This document shows, one piece after another, positions 10,204 through 18,202 of a stretch of 64,000 bases of DNA. The position numbers and the translations under genes are program-made. Origin of the DNA: an uncultured Dictyoglomota bacterium (GTDB lineage Bacteria; Dictyoglomota; Dictyoglomia; Dictyoglomales; Dictyoglomaceae); the NCBI GenBank assembly GCA_964654465.1, contig CAZZIO010000040.1, positions 190,037-254,036 of the forward strand. Reading direction: 5' to 3'. The notes beneath the pieces are model-generated. The model saw only the letters and a program-made list of their open reading frames with translations. It ran no database searches and had not been told where the DNA came from. How positions within the stretch are numbered: position 1 is the stretch's first letter; each line of letters starts with the position of its first letter.

Positions 10204-11160
10204 TTAACCAATTATTCCTGTTCTTTCCACACTCTCAACAAAAAACCTTTGGGTAAATATATAGAATATTAGCATAGGTAACATAACTAATACAGCTCCA
10301 GCATACTGCGGTGGCAATATTAGTAAAGGATCAAATATTTGTGTACCACCAGTAATAATGGATCTTATATTTGCTAAGTTTAAAGAAAGAGTATACTTAT
10401 CAAAATCACCAATAAAAACAGATGGCTCAAAAACATCATTCCAATGCCAAACCACCGAAAATAAGAAAACAGTCACTATTGCTGGTATAGAATTAGGAAT
10501 AAAAATTCTAAGATAGGTTTGAAAAGGAGAAGCACCATCCACATAAGCTGCCTCTTCTAACTCCTTAGACATACCTCTGAAAAACTGTCTAAAAATATAT
10601 ATAAATAGACCACTTCTTAAACCACCACCTAAGATGGTAGGAAGAATAATAGGATAATAGGAATTTAATAGATTTAGAGGTTCACCCCTTATTAATCCGA
10701 TAATATTTAAGATGTCAAACCTTTGATAAAACACATATAAAGGAATAAGCAAAACCTGGGGTGGAACTATAAGGGTAAATATAATAAGTGCAAATATAAT
10801 TTCCCTTTCTTTAAATTTAAATCTGGCAAGTCCGTATCCTATCATGGAACAAGCAATAACGTTAAAAATAGCAGGAATAATAGAAATAATAAGACTATTT
10901 TTAAAAGCATTAAAATAATTTAAAGATTTAAATGCCAATATAAAATTTTCAAGAGTTGGATGCTTTGGAATCCATACTACAGTAGGATCAATAAGATCTT
11001 CTCTACTTTTAAGTGCTGTACTAAACATAAAAAGAACCGGTCTTAATAATACGTAAGAAAGACCTATAAAAAGTAAGATTTTTAAAATATTATATGTCCA
11101 GACACTTATTTTATGCTTCCATATAAGAATTAATTCTTCTTTTTTATATTGTTTAAACAT
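10204..11160 (-). CDS. Carbohydrate ABC permease (MalG-like)
   Basis: Multiple TM segments; EAA loop ELEEAAYVDGAS; WHWND. Confidence 0.92.
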   Translation of the reverse strand: MFKQYKKEELILIWKHKISVWTYNILKILLFIGLSYVLLRPVLFMFSTALKSREDLIDPTVVWIPKHPTLENFILAFKSLNYFNAFKNSLIISIIPAIFNVIACSMIGYGLARFKFKEREIIFALIIFTLIVPPQVLLIPLYVFYQRFDILNIIGLIRGEPLNLLNSYYPIILPTILGGGLRSGLFIYIFRQFFRGMSKELEEAAYVDGASPFQTYLRIFIPNSIPAIVTVFLFSVVWHWNDVFEPSVFIGDFDKYTLSLNLANIRSIITGGTQIFDPLLILPPQYAGAVLVMLPMLIFYIFTQRFFVESVERTGIIG

Positions 11161-11172
11161 ATATTTTCCTCC

Positions 11173-12090
11173 TTACTCATTCATGTAAAATACCCGTTTA
11201 GATATAATCCAAATTAAAATAAGTAAAATAGCACCTACAATCAAGAAATAGAGCCATGCAATAGCTGCACTATAACCGTGATTTAATTGTCTAAAGGCCA
11301 CTTCAAGAATATATCTAAGCACATCATTACTATAATCAGTGAAAGAATCTATAACCGTATATATGACATTCACAAGAATAATAGGAGAAATCATAGGTAA
11401 TGTAATCTTCCAAAATACTTCCCAAGAAGTTGCTCCTTCTACTTGGGCTACCTCATATAACGATGAAGGAATAGATTGTAATCCAGCTAAAAATATAAGT
11501 ATCTGCACACCTGATTTCCAAATAATTTCATATATCCTATCAATGGCATTAATAACGGGCATTAAAAATGGAATATTACCTGTTATCCTTACTAAAAACA
11601 TTCTAAAATCTATACCTCTCAAAAAGGGTGAGTTAGACATAGCCATTCCTGCTTGGGCACCAATATTAAATTGCTCCAAAGAATTAGATTCAAAAACATA
11701 AAGTAATGCTCCCGACATAACGACAACAGGTAAGAAAAAAATAGCTCTTACTATAGTTCTTCCTTTAAATCTTTGGTTCAAAAGTATAGCAATAAATAAA
11801 GAAAACATTATTATTAAAGGAATATTTACCACAATATTTCCAATTTCAGTGGTCAGATATCTTATAAAATTAGGATCTTCCCTTAAAGCCTTTATAAAAT
11901 TACTCAATCCCACAAAAGTCAATTTATATCCTTCTGGAGAAACATCTAATTGACTAAAGGCAAAAATTATAGATTGAATAAAAGGCCATGCAAAAAAGAT
12001 CACAAATCCAACAAGCCATGGGTAAACAAATAATCTACCTATTCTTGCTTGTCTTTGAGCCAAAGTTTTAAATCTTTTTTGTTTTTTCAT
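11173..12090 (-). CDS. Carbohydrate ABC permease (MalF-like)
   Basis: TM segments; FLAGLQSIPSSLYEVAQVEGATSWEVFWKITLP. Confidence 0.92.
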   Translation of the reverse strand: MKKQKRFKTLAQRQARIGRLFVYPWLVGFVIFFAWPFIQSIIFAFSQLDVSPEGYKLTFVGLSNFIKALREDPNFIRYLTTEIGNIVVNIPLIIMFSLFIAILLNQRFKGRTIVRAIFFLPVVVMSGALLYVFESNSLEQFNIGAQAGMAMSNSPFLRGIDFRMFLVRITGNIPFLMPVINAIDRIYEIIWKSGVQILIFLAGLQSIPSSLYEVAQVEGATSWEVFWKITLPMISPIILVNVIYTVIDSFTDYSNDVLRYILEVAFRQLNHGYSAAIAWLYFLIVGAILLILIWIISKRVFYMNE

Positions 12091-12104
12091 AGATTATTTC
12101 CCCC

Positions 12105-14315
12105 TTATTTCTTTCCTAAGGAGAATAAAAAGTCTTCTCCTCTAACCATTTTACCTTTATATAGATAAGATGCTTTATTATAATTAACTACTATTTCAGC
12201 CCCATTCTCATACTCAACTCGATAAACCCCATCTGTAAGCTTATTATGGGACTTTATAGGAACATCATATATATTCAGATACAAATTCTTAACTTTATTG
12301 TATTCTTCTACTGCCTGTTCAATCCAATCCTTATAATTGGAACTTAACATTTCGTTATAAAAACTCTTTTTAAAATATGATGAATCTTTATAAATGAACA
12401 TATAATATGGTATAGCACCATACTCTACCATTCTTAAAAATTCTTTCTTTTGACTCTCTCTTAAATTTCCTGGTCTTCCACTAAAAGGAATATATCCATG
12501 AATAATCATTGGATAAAAAGGAATAGCTTCTGATTCTATTGAAAAATTACTACAATCAAGAGAAACATCAAGGAGCATAGAAGTATAAGGAAGAATATAA
12601 AGATTACCAGAGGTAAATATAAAGTTATATTTATCTATATTACTAGATAAAGCCTCTCTCCACAATGAAATTACCTCTTCTCTGGAGAGCAATCTTGGAA
12701 ATTTATTTTGAGAATAGACATACTCTCCCATCTTCTCGATTAAAGCATTATTTATTCCATATTTAGATATACCCTTCAAGAAATTATTTAGATAACTTGG
12801 AACCTTACTTGGAAGCACAATAAACCATGGATCATAATCTCTATTCTTCTTCTTAATAACAGGATCCCATTTATATAGAAAAGCAAGACCATTATTTAAA
12901 TATCTATTTCCATCTCTTGAAGGTGAAAAACCATTACCAGATTCGTGTATTTCTATAATTTCTGCAGTTAAATATAAAGGTATATTGTTCTTCTTACAAT
13001 AATCTAAAAGCCTTCTTAATCCATTGTCTCCTCCAATTCTTGCTTCTACTTTTACTCCATTTGTGATTTTACTCATATATCCCCCTGATTGATACCCTTT
13101 CAAAATAAGGTTTATATTATCAATACCTTTAGATTTTAATTCCTGTAATATCTTAATAGTCTCATCAAAAGTGGTAAGTGGAAAAAGATCAACAACAGGA
13201 ATTCCAGCCTTAGTAGTTTTTATTTTTATGCTATTAATAATTGTCAAATTAAAAGGTACTTTATCTACTTTTACAGATTTTTTATAAAGATATCCATTAT
13301 TGAGAAGATAATTCCTATATGTTCTTGCCATTAAAGAATAATCAACATCTTTACCGGTAAAAAGATAATAATTTATAACAATATCACTCTTAAGAGTATA
13401 AGGAGAAAACTTACTTACCAATACATCTACCACTTCTCCTGGCTGTCCTGTTGATGCCTCCCTTTCATAAAGTAAGAACTTATGAATCCTACGATAATTA
13501 AAGATTGGATAAACCCTATAATATGAAGTAGCATTACCCGCCATATAACAAGCCAAACTTGCATCAGCATCCCCACTCTCAATAATTCCCAAGATTCCTA
13601 AATCGTTTCTTTTCACTCCATATATAGGTAAATTTATATTCTCTGTTTTTGGAGGCATATTATATAAAGGGAGTCCATAATCTAAACCATATATTGGAAT
13701 TTCAAATCCTCTCTCATTTCCAGCCTTATGATCAAATCTTACTAAAGCTCCAGAACCATCAGGCAAAACAAGATAACCATTATCTCTTTTTTCACCATAT
13801 ATAAAATAAGGTAAAACCCAAATTCTATTTAACTTTAAATCTCCTTCTTCCTTTACAGAATCCATAGGTACTCTAACTTTTAATCCATACGAGGTCAAAT
13901 AAAACTCTATAGAAATAGATAAGCCCTGAGTAGAAAATTCATAATCAAATCTTATTCCATCCTTAATATTCTTCACTTTATAGTTTCCTCTCATAACTCC
14001 TAAAGCATAGGTATTATAAACAGTAATTTTCCCTTCTTGATCTGCCATCTCTACCACTAAATGAGACGGAATACTAAACTTAGTAACCCCCATAGAAGGA
14101 TCGTTTTCCCAATTTTCTGGAAATTGTCTAAAAATTTTTCCTGTTTTATTCTCCTTAATCATAACTTCAGCTGTTTGTCTATTAAGCAACATAGAGAATT
14201 TCTCATTTTGAGCTACAACTTTTAAACCATTATCTTGGCTATATAGAGGGATAATTAATAAAAGGATTATTATAACTACAAAAAAATTACTGTATTTCAA
14301 GAAGTATCTTTTCAT
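12105..14315 (-). CDS. Secreted DUF5696-like protein (possible glycoside-hydrolase-like fold)
   Basis: Signal peptide; GYLVLPDGSGAL, LPIYG, DYSLMARTYRNYL, LTTFDE, IPFYPMIIHGYIPFSG and LRMVEYGAIP motifs that I recognise from this family; 736 aa. Confidence 0.7.
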   Translation of the reverse strand: MKRYFLKYSNFFVVIIILLLIIPLYSQDNGLKVVAQNEKFSMLLNRQTAEVMIKENKTGKIFRQFPENWENDPSMGVTKFSIPSHLVVEMADQEGKITVYNTYALGVMRGNYKVKNIKDGIRFDYEFSTQGLSISIEFYLTSYGLKVRVPMDSVKEEGDLKLNRIWVLPYFIYGEKRDNGYLVLPDGSGALVRFDHKAGNERGFEIPIYGLDYGLPLYNMPPKTENINLPIYGVKRNDLGILGIIESGDADASLACYMAGNATSYYRVYPIFNYRRIHKFLLYEREASTGQPGEVVDVLVSKFSPYTLKSDIVINYYLFTGKDVDYSLMARTYRNYLLNNGYLYKKSVKVDKVPFNLTIINSIKIKTTKAGIPVVDLFPLTTFDETIKILQELKSKGIDNINLILKGYQSGGYMSKITNGVKVEARIGGDNGLRRLLDYCKKNNIPLYLTAEIIEIHESGNGFSPSRDGNRYLNNGLAFLYKWDPVIKKKNRDYDPWFIVLPSKVPSYLNNFLKGISKYGINNALIEKMGEYVYSQNKFPRLLSREEVISLWREALSSNIDKYNFIFTSGNLYILPYTSMLLDVSLDCSNFSIESEAIPFYPMIIHGYIPFSGRPGNLRESQKKEFLRMVEYGAIPYYMFIYKDSSYFKKSFYNEMLSSNYKDWIEQAVEEYNKVKNLYLNIYDVPIKSHNKLTDGVYRVEYENGAEIVVNYNKASYLYKGKMVRGEDFLFSLGKK

Positions 14316-14326
14316 CTTTTCACCTC

Positions 14327-16405
14327 TTAACCAATCATATATTTAATTTCTAAATAAACTGTATAGACAAATCTAATAAATTGTTGAAAAGTAGCAAAGA
14401 AAACCATACCTATAAACATAGCAAATATTATTCCACCTAAGGTTACTAAAGACGTTCCTATAGCTTTACTTAGGGTATATTCTTGGAGTTCCATCATGCC
14501 AGAAAGAATGATCCATATTGACCAAAGAGTTCCTATAGTACCTATGAAATAGTAAAATGCTGCCTCATCTAAGGTAAAAACATGACTCAATAAAGTTTGA
14601 GGCAAAATCAAAAGAGCCAGTGGGAAAATACCATATACTGTCATAATAAAAATCTCTCTCATTTTTGCCTTTCCTTCCATTATGGTGGTAACCGCCCAAT
14701 TTATAATCACCCATACTAAAATAGGAATTAACACTCTGCCTATCTCCCAGAGAATATTCAATTCTTCAGGTCGATATGGATTAAAATGAAAAGCAGTCAT
14801 TAACCTTTGTATTATAAAAGAGAGAATTATAAAAATTAATAAGATAAGAGCTCCTCTAAAAGCTTTAGGTTTCCTTCTTAACTCGTAGAATCCATCAAAA
14901 GGATGCCTAATCACATAAAAAACATACATTACAGTATAAAAAAGTTCATGATTTCTGAGAAAATTATGATAATGACTTCTAATAGTATTTCCCAAAAATC
15001 TGTTTATCAAATATAAAGCTAAGATCAACAAAAGTATAGTGTTCATTATTAATGTAAAATTCCTTCTCATATACTCTATTCTGTATCCTCTTAAGGCTTT
15101 TGAATATCCTGTAGGATAAAAACCAAGTCTAAAACTTTCCATTGCTTCTTTATATTTTTCTTCATGGAGATAGTTTTTGCCTATACCAATATAAGCAAGA
15201 TCATAATTGGCATCCATCTTAACAACTTTGTCCCATATATTAGCAGCTTTTCCATAATAACCTTGAACATAATAAGAATTCGCTTTTAATACTAAATCTC
15301 CAAAAGTGGTAGGTTTAAAAGTAGTTATTGTACCCTTATTCTCATCTAAAACAAAAACTTTTCCTTTATCTATATCTATAGCGGTTGGATATTGGAAGGT
15401 CCCCTTTTGATTTCCAATATCACCAAAAACAAAAAGATAATCACCAAGATTGTTATAAACAAAAACCCTACCTACTCTACCATCCAAAACATAAAGATTC
15501 TCAGAATCATCTACAGCAATATCCACAATTTCTCCTCTAACAGTAAAACCAAAATATAGATCACCATACATACCGCCCGTGCGACCTTCCTGTTTAATAA
15601 TATTGTCTCCTAAGGCATTTAATCTTTTAATTTGGTCATACCAAGCCCTTACACATCCATATATAAATCCATCTTTATCAGCTGTTACATTTCTATACTC
15701 AATCGGAATAAAAAGTACAAGTTGAGATCTTTGTTCTCTTGTAAGTACTCTTCTCCAGAAAAGTTCTACTGGATTTACCTCAACCCTATTACTTCCAAAA
15801 AATCTTTCAAAATTTCCATTTGGACTAAACTGTATTAAACCTTCAACCACATTCTCTGCTACCACATATATTCTTCCCAATTTATCCACAGCCACTTTTT
15901 TAGGAATATATACAAAATCCTTATGTATAACCTCTCCCACAGGTTTGCCTACAATTTTAAAAAGAGAACCATCTGGATTTAAAATCACAATTCTCGCATT
16001 CTGAGAGTCTGCTATATATAGTTTGCCCTCATCGGTTAAAAATAAACCTGTCGGTGCTTTAAATCCTTCTCTTTTACCATTATTGATAAAACCATCAATA
16101 ATTTTCTTAAGTTTAAAATCTTTATCTATAACAACAATTCTATTATTTCCTGTATCTGCCACATATACATCTCCATTCCTTTTATCTACGAAAAGATCTT
16201 CTGGTGAAGAAAAATCTTTGTCTAATCCTATAGTTTCACCCGTATAGATCTTTTCCGGCTCATAAGCAGGTAAAGAAGGAACTGGCCTACGTCGCTCATT
16301 ATAAATATAAGTGTGATAAGGTATACCTGCGTAAGTTACACAAATAATCAGAAAAAGAAAAACTATTAATCTAATGAAAAATCTTCTTTCTTTTCTCATA
16401 AACAA
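14327..16405 (-). CDS. NHL-repeat beta-propeller / TPR / Yip1-domain membrane protein
   Basis: NHL repeats (PEDLFVD..VYVADTGNNRIVV; PTGLFL..LYIADSQNARIV; PKKVAVD), a TPR-like stretch (AYIGIGKNYL..YKEAMESF), a TM helix, then HPFDGFYEL followed by ~5 TM segments (Yip1-like). Confidence 0.8.
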   Translation of the reverse strand: MFMRKERRFFIRLIVFLFLIICVTYAGIPYHTYIYNERRRPVPSLPAYEPEKIYTGETIGLDKDFSSPEDLFVDKRNGDVYVADTGNNRIVVIDKDFKLKKIIDGFINNGKREGFKAPTGLFLTDEGKLYIADSQNARIVILNPDGSLFKIVGKPVGEVIHKDFVYIPKKVAVDKLGRIYVVAENVVEGLIQFSPNGNFERFFGSNRVEVNPVELFWRRVLTREQRSQLVLFIPIEYRNVTADKDGFIYGCVRAWYDQIKRLNALGDNIIKQEGRTGGMYGDLYFGFTVRGEIVDIAVDDSENLYVLDGRVGRVFVYNNLGDYLFVFGDIGNQKGTFQYPTAIDIDKGKVFVLDENKGTITTFKPTTFGDLVLKANSYYVQGYYGKAANIWDKVVKMDANYDLAYIGIGKNYLHEEKYKEAMESFRLGFYPTGYSKALRGYRIEYMRRNFTLIMNTILLLILALYLINRFLGNTIRSHYHNFLRNHELFYTVMYVFYVIRHPFDGFYELRRKPKAFRGALILLIFIILSFIIQRLMTAFHFNPYRPEELNILWEIGRVLIPILVWVIINWAVTTIMEGKAKMREIFIMTVYGIFPLALLILPQTLLSHVFTLDEAAFYYFIGTIGTLWSIWIILSGMMELQEYTLSKAIGTSLVTLGGIIFAMFIGMVFFATFQQFIRFVYTVYLEIKYMIG

Positions 16406-17257
16406 TTACTCCTTAATACCTGCAGATTTCATAGTTTCTACTACATTGCTTTGGGTCACTATAAAAATAATTAAAGAAGGTAACATCATAAGAATAGCAG
16501 CAGCTGCTGCCGCTCCGGCTCTTACAAAGCCTCCTTGTTGAATATAGGTAAGTGCTAAGGAAAAAGGCTTCATAGCCTCATTATGTATATATAATGAAGG
16601 AGTGTATGTATCATTCCATGTATCTCTAAAAGCAAATAATATAAGAGTAAGCCATGCAGGCTTCACATTAGGCATAACCACATACCACCATATCTTAAAC
16701 TCATTTGCCCCATCAATCCTAGCAGATTCAATATAGGAATCTGGAATCTGTTCCATAAACTGTTTCATCAAGAACAAACCTAAGGTAGCCCCTATATAGG
16801 GGAGAATAAGAGAAAAATATGTATCTAAAAGTCGCAATTTAGCCATTATAATAAACCTTGGAATATTGGTAACATAACCTGAAAACATTAAAGAAAATAT
16901 CACAAGATTGAACAAAAACTTACTTCCTGGAAATTTATGTTTAGCCAAAGGGTAGGCAGCCATAGAAGCAATAAGCACATGTCCTAATGTGCTCATAAAA
17001 CTGATAAAAATACTATTAAAAAGATATCTTGAAAAAGGCACAAAAGAATTACTCATGAGATAAAAGAGATCAGAAAAATTCTTTAAGGTTGGTCTTCTAA
17101 CAAATAATCTGGGTGGAAAAAGAAATAATTCATCCAATGGTTTAAAAGCATTCATTATAGAATACACAAGGGGTAGAGCCATAAATACTGCTACAATTCC
17201 AAGTACAATTATTAGTATCAAATTTCCCCACCAAGATCTATTAATTCTTGATTTCAT
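16406..17257 (-). CDS. Carbohydrate ABC permease (MalG-like)
   Basis: TM segments; IPDSYIESARIDGANEFKIWW. Confidence 0.92.
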   Translation of the reverse strand: MKSRINRSWWGNLILIIVLGIVAVFMALPLVYSIMNAFKPLDELFLFPPRLFVRRPTLKNFSDLFYLMSNSFVPFSRYLFNSIFISFMSTLGHVLIASMAAYPLAKHKFPGSKFLFNLVIFSLMFSGYVTNIPRFIIMAKLRLLDTYFSLILPYIGATLGLFLMKQFMEQIPDSYIESARIDGANEFKIWWYVVMPNVKPAWLTLILFAFRDTWNDTYTPSLYIHNEAMKPFSLALTYIQQGGFVRAGAAAAAAILMMLPSLIIFIVTQSNVVETMKSAGIKE

Positions 17258-17284
17258 TTTAAAAGTAAAACCTCCTTATGAATA

Positions 17285-18184
17285 TTAATCAGGCCTAATT
17301 AATTTTCTAACTCCTTGGTTAATACTCACTGTTATTAAGAATAAAATTACTGCTATTGCTGATGCATATCCCATTTCATATCTAATACTTCCATAATCCC
17401 ACATATGAAGAACTATAGTATGAGCCGAATATAAAGGACTTGGAAAGCCAATCAATTGAGCAGATATGTCAGCCACAGCAAAGGACGCAGTAACTTGCAT
17501 TATAGCCCCGAAAATAAGTTGAGGTTTCATAGAAGGTAAAGTTATATACCACAATTCTTGCCATCTATTTCTGATCCCATCTACTGCTCCTGCCTCATAC
17601 AGACTTCTGTCTATAGTTTGAAATCCTGCAATAAAGGCTAAAAAGCTTGTCCCCAAACTCATCCAAAGTTGAATCACCATAAGCACGTATAGATTAATAC
17701 GAGAATCCTGTAACCAATATATTGGTTCCTTTATTATGCCTAAATTCATTAGAATACCATTTAGCAATCCATATACATCACCAGAAAAGATGTAAGTCCA
17801 TATGAAGAAAATTGCAGAAGATAGAGCAGGAGCATAAAAAAGTAAAGTTAAAAAAGCTCTAATTTTTGGGGGTAGTTCATTTATAAGCCAAGCAAAAAAT
17901 AAGCAAGCAAGATAACTCAATGGTCCAGTAATTAAAGCAAACTTAAAGGTATTTTGTAAAGCAATTAGAAAAACGTCATCCTCTAAAAAGAGTCTTTTGT
18001 AGTTATTCCATCCAACGAATCTAGGCATCTGTATTACATTATAATTGGTAAAACTAAGGATAGCTCCTACAATAACAGGAATTACAGTGAAAGTAAAAAA
18101 TAATATAAAATAAGGAAGAACTAAATAATAAGATTCTTTATTCTTTTTAATTTCCTTCCATAAATCTTTAAATTTTCCTCTCAT
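17285..18184 (-). CDS. Carbohydrate ABC permease (MalF-like)
   Basis: TM segments; IDRSLYEAGAVDGIRNRWQELWYITLP; YEMGYASAIA. Confidence 0.92.
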   Translation of the reverse strand: MRGKFKDLWKEIKKNKESYYLVLPYFILFFTFTVIPVIVGAILSFTNYNVIQMPRFVGWNNYKRLFLEDDVFLIALQNTFKFALITGPLSYLACLFFAWLINELPPKIRAFLTLLFYAPALSSAIFFIWTYIFSGDVYGLLNGILMNLGIIKEPIYWLQDSRINLYVLMVIQLWMSLGTSFLAFIAGFQTIDRSLYEAGAVDGIRNRWQELWYITLPSMKPQLIFGAIMQVTASFAVADISAQLIGFPSPLYSAHTIVLHMWDYGSIRYEMGYASAIAVILFLITVSINQGVRKLIRPD

Positions 18185-18202
18185 TTTAAATTCTCCCTCT
18201 AA

